This document shows, piece after piece, positions 50,329 through 59,868 of a DNA stretch of 64,000 nucleotides. The stretch's first letter is position 1; every line of letters starts with the position of its first letter. The stretch spans positions 52,864 to 116,863 of the forward strand of contig JACKPZ010000007.1 in NCBI GenBank assembly GCA_024233135.1, given 5' to 3'. The translations under genes and the position numbers were made by a program. The stretch comes from Akkermansiaceae bacterium (GTDB lineage Bacteria; Verrucomicrobiota; Verrucomicrobiia; Verrucomicrobiales; Akkermansiaceae). The notes under the pieces are model-generated. The model made no database searches, was not told the origin of the DNA, and was given only the letters and a program-made list of their open reading frames with translations.

Positions 50329-51405
50329 ATGAACGCACCGATCCGCGTCCTCTGCGTGGGCGCAGGCCACATGGGCCGCTCGCACGCTCTCGCCTACCAT
50401 CGCATCCCCGGTTTCGAAATCGCCGGCATCGTCACCCGCTCGCCGGAAAGCCGCGCCAAGCTCAATGCCGAGCTCGGCGGCGGCTATGCCGAGTTCGGCG
50501 ACTTCCACGAGGCGCTCGCCGCGACGAAACCGGACGCCGTTTCCATCTCCACCTATCCGGACACCCACGCGGCATATGCCGAGGCCGCCTTCGACGCCGG
50601 CTGCCACGTGTTCATCGAGAAACCGCTCGCGGAAACGGTGGAGGCCGCCGGGCGCATCGTCGCCAAGGCGAAGGAGTCCGGCCGCAAGCTCGTCATCGGC
50701 TACATCCTCCGCCATCACCCGAGCTGGATCAAATTCATCGAGATGGCGCAGGACCTCGGCAAGCCGCTCGTCATGCGCATGAACCTCAACCAGCAGTCGT
50801 CCAGTGCGAATTGGAAGACCCACAAGGCGCTGATGTCGTCCATTTCGCCGATCGTCGACTGCGGAGTGCACTACGTCGACGTGATGTGCCAGATGACCCG
50901 CTCGAAGCCCGTGCGCGTCTCCGGTCTCGGCGCGCGTCTCAGCGACGAGCTTCCGGAAGGGAAAATCAACTACGGCCACCTGCAGGTCACCTTCGAGGAC
51001 GGCTCGGTCGGATGGTATGAGGCCGGTTGGGGACCGATGATGTCCGAGACGGCGTTCTTCGTGAAGGATGTCGTCGGACCGAAAGGATGTGTCACCATCG
51101 AAGCCCGCGAAGCCGCGGGGGAGGGCGCTTCCGCCGATGTTGACGCCCACACCAAGACCAACACCCTGCGCCGCCATTTTTCCGATCTCGATGCCGATGG
51201 GAAATTCGTCCGCGCCGACGAATGGACGGAAACCGGCGACGAACCGGATCACGACGCGCTTTGCCACCGCGAACAGGAATATTTCCTCAAGGCCATCACC
51301 GATGATCTCGACCTCACCGACCACATGGACGACGCGCTCAACTCGATGCGCATCGTCGCCGCCGCCGACGAGAGTTTCCGCACCGGCAGAACCATCGATC
51401 TCTAA
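50329..51405 (+). CDS. Gfo/Idh/MocA oxidoreductase
   Basis: VGAGHMG, FIEKP, DCGVHYVD, EAGWGPM. Confidence 0.9.
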   Translation: MNAPIRVLCVGAGHMGRSHALAYHRIPGFEIAGIVTRSPESRAKLNAELGGGYAEFGDFHEALAATKPDAVSISTYPDTHAAYAEAAFDAGCHVFIEKPLAETVEAAGRIVAKAKESGRKLVIGYILRHHPSWIKFIEMAQDLGKPLVMRMNLNQQSSSANWKTHKALMSSISPIVDCGVHYVDVMCQMTRSKPVRVSGLGARLSDELPEGKINYGHLQVTFEDGSVGWYEAGWGPMMSETAFFVKDVVGPKGCVTIEAREAAGEGASADVDAHTKTNTLRRHFSDLDADGKFVRADEWTETGDEPDHDALCHREQEYFLKAITDDLDLTDHMDDALNSMRIVAAADESFRTGRTIDL

Positions 51406-51411
51406 CACACC

Positions 51412-52656
51412 ATGAAATCCCGCCTCCTCACGGCCACCACCGCCATCGTCCTCACCGTCGTCTCCCATGCGGACGAGGCACTCGTCATGCGTTCCCTCTT
51501 CAACGGCACCGATCTCTCCGGATGGAAGGGCGGCGGCTACGCCGTCGAGGACGGTGCGATCACCTGCACGCCACAGGGCCGTGTCCTCCAGACCGAGGAG
51601 ATCTTCTCGAACTTCGTGCTCGATTTCGAGTTCCAGCTCACGCCCGGCGCCAACAACGGTCTCGGCATCTGCTACCCCGGCACCGGCGACTCCGCCTACA
51701 CCGGCATGGAGTTGCAGATCCTCGACAGCACCCATCCGAAATACAAGGACCTCAAGCCCTATCAGTTCCACGGGTCGCTCTACACCATGGCTCCTGCCAA
51801 ACAAGGCGCGCTCAAACCCGTCGGCGAGTGGAATCACGAGCGGGTCACCCTCATGGGCCCCGCACTCAAGGTCGAGGTGAACGGCCAGATCGTGCTGCGC
51901 GCCAATCTCGACGACATGGAGAAACTCCATCCGCAGCATCAGGGCGTGAAACGCCGCTCCGGCCACATCGCCTTCCTCGGCCATGGCGACAAGGTCTCGT
52001 TCCGGAACATCGAGATTGGCGAACTTCCTCCCGTCGCCAACGAAGCGGGCGTGAAATCCGCGGGTTTCACCCAAATCTTCGACGGCAAGTCCCTCGAAGG
52101 CTGGAAACACGACGAGGGCGTCACGAACTGGACCGCCGCCAACGGCATCCTCAAACACAACGGCAAGCCCGGGCCCACCAAGGACCTGTGGAGCGAAACA
52201 TCCTACAAGGATTTCACCCTCGTCTTCGACTGGCGCTGGAGCGGCCGCGGACCGATGCAGCAGCGCCCGAACGTCCAGCCCGACGGCTCGGAGTCCGGCA
52301 GCACCGAGGTCGAGGAACTCGACAGCGGCGTCTACCTGCGCGGGAGCAGCAAGAGCCAGGTGAACCTCTGGAACTGGCCCGTCGGCTCCGGCGAGGTCTA
52401 CGGCTACCGCACCGACAGGTCGCAGTCCGCCGAGGTCCGCGCCGCCGTCACTCCGAAGGAGAAAGCCGACAAGCCGCTCGGCGAGTGGAACCGCACCATG
52501 ATCACACTTCAGGGCGACAAACTCACCGTCACCCTCAACGGCAAGGTCGTCATCGAAAACGCCGCGCTTCCCGGCATCCCCGCCGAGGGGCCCATCGCGT
52601 TCCAGCACCACCACGCGCCCATCGATTTCGCCAACGTGTGGATCAAGGAGCCGTGA
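51412..52656 (+). CDS. Secreted tandem DUF1080 (3-keto-disaccharide hydrolase) protein
   Basis: Two domains: LFNGTDLSGW...ELQILD..GEWN..GHIAFLGHG and IFDGKSLEGW..SGVYLRG..GEWN..GPIAFQHH. Confidence 0.9.
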   Translation: MKSRLLTATTAIVLTVVSHADEALVMRSLFNGTDLSGWKGGGYAVEDGAITCTPQGRVLQTEEIFSNFVLDFEFQLTPGANNGLGICYPGTGDSAYTGMELQILDSTHPKYKDLKPYQFHGSLYTMAPAKQGALKPVGEWNHERVTLMGPALKVEVNGQIVLRANLDDMEKLHPQHQGVKRRSGHIAFLGHGDKVSFRNIEIGELPPVANEAGVKSAGFTQIFDGKSLEGWKHDEGVTNWTAANGILKHNGKPGPTKDLWSETSYKDFTLVFDWRWSGRGPMQQRPNVQPDGSESGSTEVEELDSGVYLRGSSKSQVNLWNWPVGSGEVYGYRTDRSQSAEVRAAVTPKEKADKPLGEWNRTMITLQGDKLTVTLNGKVVIENAALPGIPAEGPIAFQHHHAPIDFANVWIKEP

Positions 52657-52742
52657 GGCGCGTTCGCGGAGTGTTTTCTCCGTGATGACGTACTGTCGGG
52701 TGGGGGGAAATCGGATATCGTTTCCGGCATCCCCCCGACAAG

Positions 52743-53192
52743 ATGAACATCACCTCCCCCCCCAGGGTGAAGCGCGTCCGCGGGCTCACGTTGCTTGAGC
52801 TCACGCTGACCATCTCCGCCCTCCTGGTCCTGCTTGCGATCCTCTTCGTCGGCTCCCGCGCGTGGAAACGCGGCAGCGACCGCGCCTCGTGCATGCTCAC
52901 GCTCCGCAACATGCAGATGGCGACCCGTTCCTATCAGAATCTCTACGGCTACGAGTTCGGCGGCCGTCCCTATGCCGAAAACGGCACCCAGGACATCACC
53001 ACCCACCTCTACTCGAAGGGATATATCGAAAACAAAACCTTCCTGCGCGCCAAGGGTCTGGAGACCTGCCCCGGGGGCGGTCTCTACAGTTGCCCGCAGT
53101 CGGACGTGTTTCCCGTCGTGGGTGAGCTCTACATGAAATGTTCGCTCTCCGGCAGCGACGATCACTACCTTTCCTCCGAGGTCGACTGGTGA
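52743..53192 (+). CDS. Prepilin-type N-methylation (pseudopilin-like) protein
   Basis: RG|LTLLELTL type III signal, hydrophobic helix, CPGGGLY. Confidence 0.8.
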   Translation: MNITSPPRVKRVRGLTLLELTLTISALLVLLAILFVGSRAWKRGSDRASCMLTLRNMQMATRSYQNLYGYEFGGRPYAENGTQDITTHLYSKGYIENKTFLRAKGLETCPGGGLYSCPQSDVFPVVGELYMKCSLSGSDDHYLSSEVDW

Positions 53193-53237
53193 TCCTGAGG
53201 GCTTTACAGTGCGATCGGCGGCGATCTAACGTGCGCT

Positions 53238-53693
53238 GTGATCGCGAAACTCATGCCCCTCGCCATTGTCGGCCTGCTGTTCACCTCGTGCGCGCAGGAT
53301 TCCCTCACCGGTGACACTTATTCCCGTTCCGAAGCCGGTCGCGCCAGCTCGGTCCGCACCGGAAAAGTCACTTCCATCCGTTACGTGAAAATCGAAGGCG
53401 GCAACAAGACCGGCGCCGTGCTCGGCGGTGTCGGCGGCGGGTTCCTCGGAAATGAGATCGGCAGTGGCTCTGGCCGCACCGCGGCGACCATCGGCGGTGC
53501 CGCCCTCGGCGCCGTCGCCGGTTCCCACATCGAACAGAACCTCAACTCACGCCAAGGTGTCGAAATCGGCGTCCGTCTCGACAAGGGCGGCTCGATTTCC
53601 ATCGTCCAGGAGGTCAATCCCCGCGAGTCGTTCGACGTCGGCGACCGCGTCCGTGTGATCTTCAGCGGCGGCCGCGACCGCGTCACCCACTGA
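53238..53693 (+). CDS. SlyB/Pcp-like glycine-zipper 2TM lipoprotein
   Basis: Lipobox FTSC; GAVLGGVGGG..IGSGSG..GGAALGAVAG; VGDRVRV. Confidence 0.9.
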   Translation: MIAKLMPLAIVGLLFTSCAQDSLTGDTYSRSEAGRASSVRTGKVTSIRYVKIEGGNKTGAVLGGVGGGFLGNEIGSGSGRTAATIGGAALGAVAGSHIEQNLNSRQGVEIGVRLDKGGSISIVQEVNPRESFDVGDRVRVIFSGGRDRVTH

Positions 53694-53707
53694 CATCCTT
53701 TTTGCCG

Positions 53708-53743
53708 AAAACCCGGCCGGTTTCCTGACCGGCCGGGTTTTTT
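53708..53743 (+). terminator. Intrinsic terminator
   Basis: AAAACCCGGCCGGT-loop-ACCGGCCGGGTTTTTT. Confidence 0.88.
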
Positions 53744-53845
53744 GTGCTCACGTTGCGCGCCCGGAACCGACAAATCGGCCGCCGGGCGGCGTTATCCCTT
53801 GCGCAGCAGGGCATCCACGGCCTTGGTGCCGCAACCCATGTTACG

Positions 53846-55108
53846 ATGAAGGCTTCCACTCTCACCTCGCTCGCCGCGCTCGCTGTTTTCGGAATCGGAG
53901 GATTCTTCGCCGGCCGGATCTCGGCACCCGCGCCAGAAGGGGCTGCCGCAGCGACGGATGGCTCCGCGGAAACCCGCGGCGTGTCCCGCAGCTCCGGCCG
54001 TCCGGGAGGTTCCGCCGCATCGCCGGAGCGGGCTCGCCGCGATCGCGATGGCGCCACGGGACTCCAGTCCCCGGCGGAGCGAAACGTCCGCCTCGAGGAG
54101 ATCGTCCGCGGTGAGGACCCGCTCCAGCGCAACCGGGCGCTCCTGCAGCTCATCGACCAGCTCAATCCGGACGAGTTCGAGGGTGCGGTCGCCTATTTCC
54201 GCTCGCTCGGCATCACCGAGCGGCGCTTCGGCGAATACGCCCTGCTGCTCTCCGCCTGGGCGAAGGTGGATCCGCTCGCCGCTCTCAGCTACACCACCGA
54301 GAACACCCGCGGCGGATTCGCCACCAACACGATCCTTTCCACGTGGGCCACCGACGATGCCGAAGGCGCCATCCGCTGGGCCGAGGCGAACCACGAGGGC
54401 GACGACGCGAATCCGTACATGGCCGGCATCATCCGCGGCCTCGCCGGGTCCGATCCCAACCGCGCCACCCAGCTCCTCACCGCGATGCCCCGCAGCGGCG
54501 AACGCGGCGAAGCGCTCGATGCGATGCTGCCCCATCTGCTCACGCAAGGGCCGGACTCCGCCCGCGCGTGGATCTCCGGGCTGGATGATGAATCGTTGAG
54601 AAACGGTGCCATCCTCCGGTCCGCCGAGCCGCTCGCAGCCGCCGATCCCAAGGGCACCATGCAATGGCTCCTTGAAAACCCCGGCGAGGCATCGCGCCGC
54701 CGGATGGACGACGTTTTCAGCGTTTGGGCCTACAACGACCGGGACGCCGCCATGGCCGCGATGTCCTCGATGGCTCCGGGCGACGACCGCAGCAACGCGC
54801 TCCGAGGTGTGGTTTCCTCGCTCGCTCCATCCGATCCCCAGCAGGCGCTCGATCTCATGAACCGCTACTCCGGCGACGTGAACGACCGCGTGGTGCAGAA
54901 TTTCATCTGGCATTCCTTCGGCAACGATCCGTCCACCGCCGTCGCCCAGATTTCCCGCATCTCCAACGAGCGCGAACGCGAGCAGATGTACCGCCGCACG
55001 CTCGACCGCTGGCTGGAGCGCGACGAGGATGCCGCCGCCACCTGGATCGAGTCGAACCCGGACGTGCCCGCCCAGGTGATCGAGCATCTCAACCGCCGCC
55101 GCCGCTGA
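53846..55108 (+). CDS. Hypothetical membrane-anchored helical-repeat protein
   Basis: N-terminal TM; repeated W(A)xxDPxxAxxW units. Confidence 0.75.
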   Translation: MKASTLTSLAALAVFGIGGFFAGRISAPAPEGAAAATDGSAETRGVSRSSGRPGGSAASPERARRDRDGATGLQSPAERNVRLEEIVRGEDPLQRNRALLQLIDQLNPDEFEGAVAYFRSLGITERRFGEYALLLSAWAKVDPLAALSYTTENTRGGFATNTILSTWATDDAEGAIRWAEANHEGDDANPYMAGIIRGLAGSDPNRATQLLTAMPRSGERGEALDAMLPHLLTQGPDSARAWISGLDDESLRNGAILRSAEPLAAADPKGTMQWLLENPGEASRRRMDDVFSVWAYNDRDAAMAAMSSMAPGDDRSNALRGVVSSLAPSDPQQALDLMNRYSGDVNDRVVQNFIWHSFGNDPSTAVAQISRISNEREREQMYRRTLDRWLERDEDAAATWIESNPDVPAQVIEHLNRRRR

Positions 55109-55178
55109 TTCGCGGAATTCCCGACGAATCGGTCTTGGCTCCGCGGGCGGGGCGTCGCAGTCTCGCGCCCCCGCGCGC

Positions 55179-56015
55179 ATGACGACCGTTCTGGAGACCA
55201 TCGACGGAGGGACCCGCTACCTCGAAAAACGCGGGATCGAGGACGCCCGGCGCAACATGCAGATGCTGGTGGCCCACCAGCTCGGTTGCACGCGGATGGA
55301 CCTCTACCTCCAGTTCGACCGCCCGATCGAAGAAGCGGATCTCGTGCCCTTGCGCGAGACCTTGAAACACCGGGGCGAAGGTGTGCCGCTCCAGCATTTG
55401 CTCGGCAGTGTCTGGTTTCACAACCGCGAGTTCAGATCCGACGCCCGCGCCCTCATCCCGCGCCCGGAAACCGAGGAACTCGCCGAGTGGTTGCTGCGTC
55501 AGGATTTCCCCGCGGACGGCCGCGTGCTCGACATGGGTTGTGGCTCCGGCGTGCTCGGGCTCACGCTCGCCGCCGAGCGTCCTGGCTGGTCGGTCACCCT
55601 CGCCGATGTCTCGCCCGACGCACTCGCTCTCGCGCGGGAAAACGCGGAGGCACTCGGAGTTTCCAACGTCGAGTGGGCGGAAGGCGACCTTTTCACAACT
55701 CTCGACGGCGGTTTCGACGGCATCGTCGCCAACCTTCCGTACGTTCCCGAGTCCGAGCGCCCCACCCTCAGCCGCGAGGTGTTGCATGACCCTTCGCTCG
55801 CCCTTTTCGGCGGGCCGGACGGGCTCGATGTGATCCGGCGATTCGTCCCCGACGCCTTCGCCCGCATGCGCCCCGGCGCTTGGCTTGCGCTGGAAATCGG
55901 GCACGATCAGGCTTCCCAGGTGGCCGCCCTTCTCGAAAGCTCCGGCTTCGCGGATGTGAACGTCGTCACCGATCTTTCGGGCGTCGATCGTTTCCCCACC
56001 GCGCGGCGGCCCTGA
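55179..56015 (+). CDS. prmC: Release factor glutamine methyltransferase
   Basis: PLQHLLG, LIPRPETE, DMGCGSG, NLPY, ALFGGPDGL, EIG. Confidence 0.95.
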   Translation: MTTVLETIDGGTRYLEKRGIEDARRNMQMLVAHQLGCTRMDLYLQFDRPIEEADLVPLRETLKHRGEGVPLQHLLGSVWFHNREFRSDARALIPRPETEELAEWLLRQDFPADGRVLDMGCGSGVLGLTLAAERPGWSVTLADVSPDALALARENAEALGVSNVEWAEGDLFTTLDGGFDGIVANLPYVPESERPTLSREVLHDPSLALFGGPDGLDVIRRFVPDAFARMRPGAWLALEIGHDQASQVAALLESSGFADVNVVTDLSGVDRFPTARRP

Positions 56016-56051
56016 CGTCATCCCCCATTTCCACGTTCCTCCCTAGTTCCC

Positions 56052-57323
56052 ATGGATCAACTCATCGTGCACGGCGGCGCCACCCTGCGGGGGGCGATCA
56101 ACATTTCCGGCTCCAAAAACGCCTCGCTGCCCATCCTCGCCGGCACCTTGCTCACCGCCGAGCCCTGCATCATCCGCCGCGTGCCCGATGTCTCGGACAC
56201 CAACTACATGGTCCAGATCCTCAGCGCCATGGGAGCCGATGTGGAACGCTCGTCCGGCACCGTGCGCATCACCTGCGACGGCATTTCGGATACCGCTCCC
56301 TATGAACTCGTCCGCCGCATGCGCGCCTCGATCTGCGTCATGGGGCCGCTGCTCGCCCGCCTCGGCCGCGCTGTGGTCTCTCTGCCCGGCGGCTGTGTCA
56401 TCGGCGACCGCCCGGTGGACCTCCACCTGCGCGGTCTCGAAGCGCTCGGTGCCAAGGTCGAGTTCGAGGGCGGAAACATCATCCTCACCGCGGAACACGG
56501 GCTGCGCGGCGCGGAGATCGACCTCCGCGGCACCCACGGACCCACCGTGCTTGGCACCGACAACGTGATGATGGCCGCCACGCTCGCCGAGGGCACCACC
56601 GTCATCGAGTCCGCTGCTGCGGAACCGGAGGTCGTCGATCTCGCCGATTTCCTCAACGCCATGGGCGCGAAAATCAGCGGCGCCGGCACCAGCCGCATCA
56701 CCATCGAGGGAGTGAAGGAACTTCACGGCGTCGAGCACACCGTCATCCCGGACCGCATCGAGGCCGGCACCTTCATGGCCGCCGCCGCGCTGGCCGGCGA
56801 CGGCGTCACCCTGCGCCGCGTGAACCGCGAGCATCTCAAGGCCATCACCGCCGCCATCGTCGAGTCCGGCCATGCCGTGGATTTCAACGAGTCCGGCGAC
56901 TCCTGCACCATCCACCGCGGCGGAAACCTGAAGGGAGTCGATCTCGTTACCGCCCCGTATCCTGGCTACCCGACGGACATGCAGGCCCAGATGACCGCCC
57001 TGCTCGCCACCACGCCGGGCATCAGCGTCATCAAGGACACGATTTTCCCCCAGCGTTTCATGCACTGCGCCGAGCTCAAGCGGATGGGTGCCGACATCAA
57101 GGTCGACAACGGCACCGCCGTCGTCCGCGGCGTCGAACAATTGTCCGCCGCCCCCGTCATGGCCTCCGACCTGCGCGCCTCCGCCGCCCTCGTCCTCGCC
57201 GCCCTCACCGCCAAAGGTTCCACCGCCATCAGCCGCCTCTACCACATCGACCGCGGCTACGAGCACATCGACGAGAAACTCCTCATGCTCGGCGCCAACG
57301 TCGAGCGGGTGAAAGGTGGGTGA
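56052..57323 (+). CDS. murA: UDP-N-acetylglucosamine 1-carboxyvinyltransferase
   Basis: SGSKNA, MRAS, PGGCVIGDRP, PDRIEAGT, PTDMQ, DLRA, HIDRGYE. Confidence 0.97.
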   Translation: MDQLIVHGGATLRGAINISGSKNASLPILAGTLLTAEPCIIRRVPDVSDTNYMVQILSAMGADVERSSGTVRITCDGISDTAPYELVRRMRASICVMGPLLARLGRAVVSLPGGCVIGDRPVDLHLRGLEALGAKVEFEGGNIILTAEHGLRGAEIDLRGTHGPTVLGTDNVMMAATLAEGTTVIESAAAEPEVVDLADFLNAMGAKISGAGTSRITIEGVKELHGVEHTVIPDRIEAGTFMAAAALAGDGVTLRRVNREHLKAITAAIVESGHAVDFNESGDSCTIHRGGNLKGVDLVTAPYPGYPTDMQAQMTALLATTPGISVIKDTIFPQRFMHCAELKRMGADIKVDNGTAVVRGVEQLSAAPVMASDLRASAALVLAALTAKGSTAISRLYHIDRGYEHIDEKLLMLGANVERVKGG

Positions 57324-57530
57324 GCCGGACGTGCCGAGCGCCTTCAGAAACCAGGTCCCTGCGTCGCCGGGGCAACCCGTTTGAACCAGCGCTATCGGCG
57401 CTATCAGCGCTTCCAAGCTCTCCCGTCTGTTGCGAATTGATGTCCTCTGGTGATAAAATCCCATATTTGAAATATGCGATATCAATGAGCTGGGCGACTG
57501 AACCTGAAGCGGGCGGAATGATAGGGGATG

Positions 57531-57643
57531 GGAAAGGGAGGCGGGTCGGAAAGGGAGGCGGGTCGGAAAGGGAGGCGGGTCGGAAAGGGTGGCGGGTCGG
57601 GAAGGGTGGCGGGTTGGAAAGGGTGGCGGGTTGGAAAGGGTGG
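57531..57643 (+). repeat. 17-bp G-rich tandem repeat (~6.6 copies)
   Basis: Unit GGAAAGGG(A/T)GGCGGGT(C/T) starting at 57531, 57548, 57565, 57582, 57599, 57616 and partially at 57633. Confidence 0.92.
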
Positions 57644-57842
57644 GAAAGAGCGTGGAATCGGGGGGCTGTCGTTGGTTAGTGGGCGGAGGGATGGCTGGAG
57701 GCAGGCTCTTGCGGGAGGGCGGACCATCTTGCGGGGGTGGCTCTTTCGGATCGCCGGGAGGAGAAGGTGACGCGCAGTCCGGAGGGGAGCGTGGATGGGG
57801 CGCGTCCGGGAAGTGCGTGGGATACGAGTTTGGGGGGAAACG

Positions 57843-57876
57843 AAAAAACCCCGCCGCGGCGGGGCCGGGCGGGGTT
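57843..57876 (-). terminator. Intrinsic terminator for the RRM gene
   Basis: AACCCCGCC...GGCGGGGTT stem; the A6 tract reads as U6 on the minus strand. Confidence 0.75.
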
Positions 57877-57905
57877 GGTGGTTTGGAAACGGGTTTCCGG
57901 TGGGA

Positions 57906-58886
57906 TCAGGCGTCCTGATCTTTCTTCGGTTCTTCGTCGAAGCCGTATTTGGCGACGAGGTCGTCGGCGGTTTCAGGTTTGGCTTCGGCCGCGGGTGCTT
58001 CGGTGGCCGGAGCGGTTTCCGCGGTCTGCTCGACGACGGTTTCGATCTTCGGCTCGGCCTCGGCGGCCGGGGTTTCGGCAGGCTCGGGTTTTTCCGGAAG
58101 CGGAGCGAGTTCGACGGGTTTTTGCGGGGTTTCGTCGCGCCCGTCCTGATCTTCGCGGTCGTCCTGGCCCTTGGATTTGGCGCCGGAGACGATCATCTTG
58201 CGGCCCATGAACGGCTGGTCGTGGAGCACCTCGACGGCGCGGACGGCCTCGTCCTTGTGGAGCATTTCGACGAACCCGTAACCCTTGGAGCGGTGGGTGC
58301 TGCGGTTGTAGACGATCTCGACGTTGCGCACGCCTCCGATGCCCTTGAAGAGCTCCTGCAGGTCCTGCTCGGAAACGTCATAGGACAGGTTGCCGACGTA
58401 GACGCGCGAGGACTCGACGCTGGAGCCGTCACCGCCACGGGGTTTGGGCGCTCCTCCGGAACGGCTGCGCTTGGACGATCTGGAGTCCGGTTTCTCGGAC
58501 TCGGTGCGGCCGTCGGTGCGGGCGTTGCGGGTGTTGCTCTTGGCGGGGCGGGGTTCGGAGCCGGAGCTCTTCGCGGCCGGAGCCGGCGCCTGCTTGGGCG
58601 CACGGGCCGGCGCGGCGGGGGGCGTGTAGAGGCCCAGCTTGCTGAGCAGTTTCTGCCACCAGCTCATGGGCGGGGCCGGCGGGGCGTTGCGCGGCGGCCG
58701 GGGACCCTTGGGGCGGTACTCCTCGGAGCGCGCCTGTCTGGACGATTGGCTGCTTCCGCGGGAGGGTTGTTGTTGGTTGTTGTTGCTGCTGTTGCCGCCG
58801 CGCGAGCGGCTGCGGTTCTTGCCACCGCGCGAGCGGCGGCGCCTGCTGGATCCCGATGAGCGGGAAGTCTGTGTCGTGTCGGACAT
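57906..58886 (-). CDS. RRM (RNP-1) RNA-binding protein with long disordered flanks
   Basis: RNP2 VYVGNLSY, RNP1 KGYGFVEM; start placed at MSDTTQ (58886). Confidence 0.9.
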   Translation of the reverse strand: MSDTTQTSRSSGSSRRRRSRGGKNRSRSRGGNSSNNNQQQPSRGSSQSSRQARSEEYRPKGPRPPRNAPPAPPMSWWQKLLSKLGLYTPPAAPARAPKQAPAPAAKSSGSEPRPAKSNTRNARTDGRTESEKPDSRSSKRSRSGGAPKPRGGDGSSVESSRVYVGNLSYDVSEQDLQELFKGIGGVRNVEIVYNRSTHRSKGYGFVEMLHKDEAVRAVEVLHDQPFMGRKMIVSGAKSKGQDDREDQDGRDETPQKPVELAPLPEKPEPAETPAAEAEPKIETVVEQTAETAPATEAPAAEAKPETADDLVAKYGFDEEPKKDQDA

Positions 58887-59328
58887 GGCGTTTGTCTGGG
58901 TTCCAGGCGGTCCGGCGCGGAGGTTTCGGAGAAACCTGCGATTGCTGTGACGTGACGTGCGTGCGGACCGGATGCCCCACGGTTCCGGCTTTCTGTTGCC
59001 GGTGGGAAGCCCCGCAACCACTTGCGGGAAGGAACTTCACCTCATGGGGGGCAGACCGGCTCGCGCCGCCGCCCGGGAGTCAGGGAGGTCCGCATTCCCA
59101 AGCCGCCGACCGGGTTTCCACGGCATTCGGAACCGTATGGATTGGACGAACAAGCGACCGGCTGCGGGCTTCGGAGGGTGGGATCTCCTGCTCGCCGCGG
59201 ACCCTACGGGCTTTCGTCGCTGTTGCAAGGAAGGAACACGGACCTACGTCATTTTGACACGCCGGCGGATCGTCGCTTCGGGGTGGTGGCTTGACGCGGG
59301 CGGTCCGGAGTTTCATTTTGCACGTGTG

Positions 59329-59868
59329 ATGAAAGGTTGGCGGCGCATGGTCTTGTGGATGGCTGCATCGGTTTCCGCTGCTTGCGCGGGCGATGGCGAG
59401 CCGAAGCGGACCGGCGACCTAGTGGGCCGGGATCTCGATCTGCCGGGGTATGGGAGCTACGGACACGTCGGGCTGTGGACGGGAAACCGGGTGTTGGAAT
59501 GCCTTGGCGAGGTTCCACCGATCCAGAAACGTTCGCTCGCGTCGTTCCAGGAGGTGACGGTTTTCTGGGGTTCGAAGTATCTGCCGATGCGGCGGAATTT
59601 CCGGAAGGTGATCCACGCGGGCTGGGCGCAACGGAATTTCCGGCCGAAGTTCACGCTTTCGCCGACGTACCGGGTGGGAAAATTCGTGCGCAAGAAGGTC
59701 TGGAACAAGGAAACGGGCCGGTGGGAGCGCAGAACGGTGATGACGCGGGCGAGATTCCGCTGCGACACGCTGGTGAGTTACGCCTACAAGGCCGGCATCG
59801 GATACAAGGTGAGGAAATCCGGAACCTTTCCCGGCACGATGTTTGAAGCCTTCGGCAAACCGCGATGA
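59329..59868 (+). CDS. Secreted/lipoprotein permuted papain-like (NlpC/P60-LRAT-like) protein
   Basis: GDLV..GHVGLW...RCDTLVSYAY; signal peptide; strongly basic. Confidence 0.6.
   Translation: MKGWRRMVLWMAASVSAACAGDGEPKRTGDLVGRDLDLPGYGSYGHVGLWTGNRVLECLGEVPPIQKRSLASFQEVTVFWGSKYLPMRRNFRKVIHAGWAQRNFRPKFTLSPTYRVGKFVRKKVWNKETGRWERRTVMTRARFRCDTLVSYAYKAGIGYKVRKSGTFPGTMFEAFGKPR

Noticed and set aside
57531-57643. Possible CRISPR array
   Set aside because: Head-to-tail 17-bp units with no unique spacers, and no cas genes in the window.
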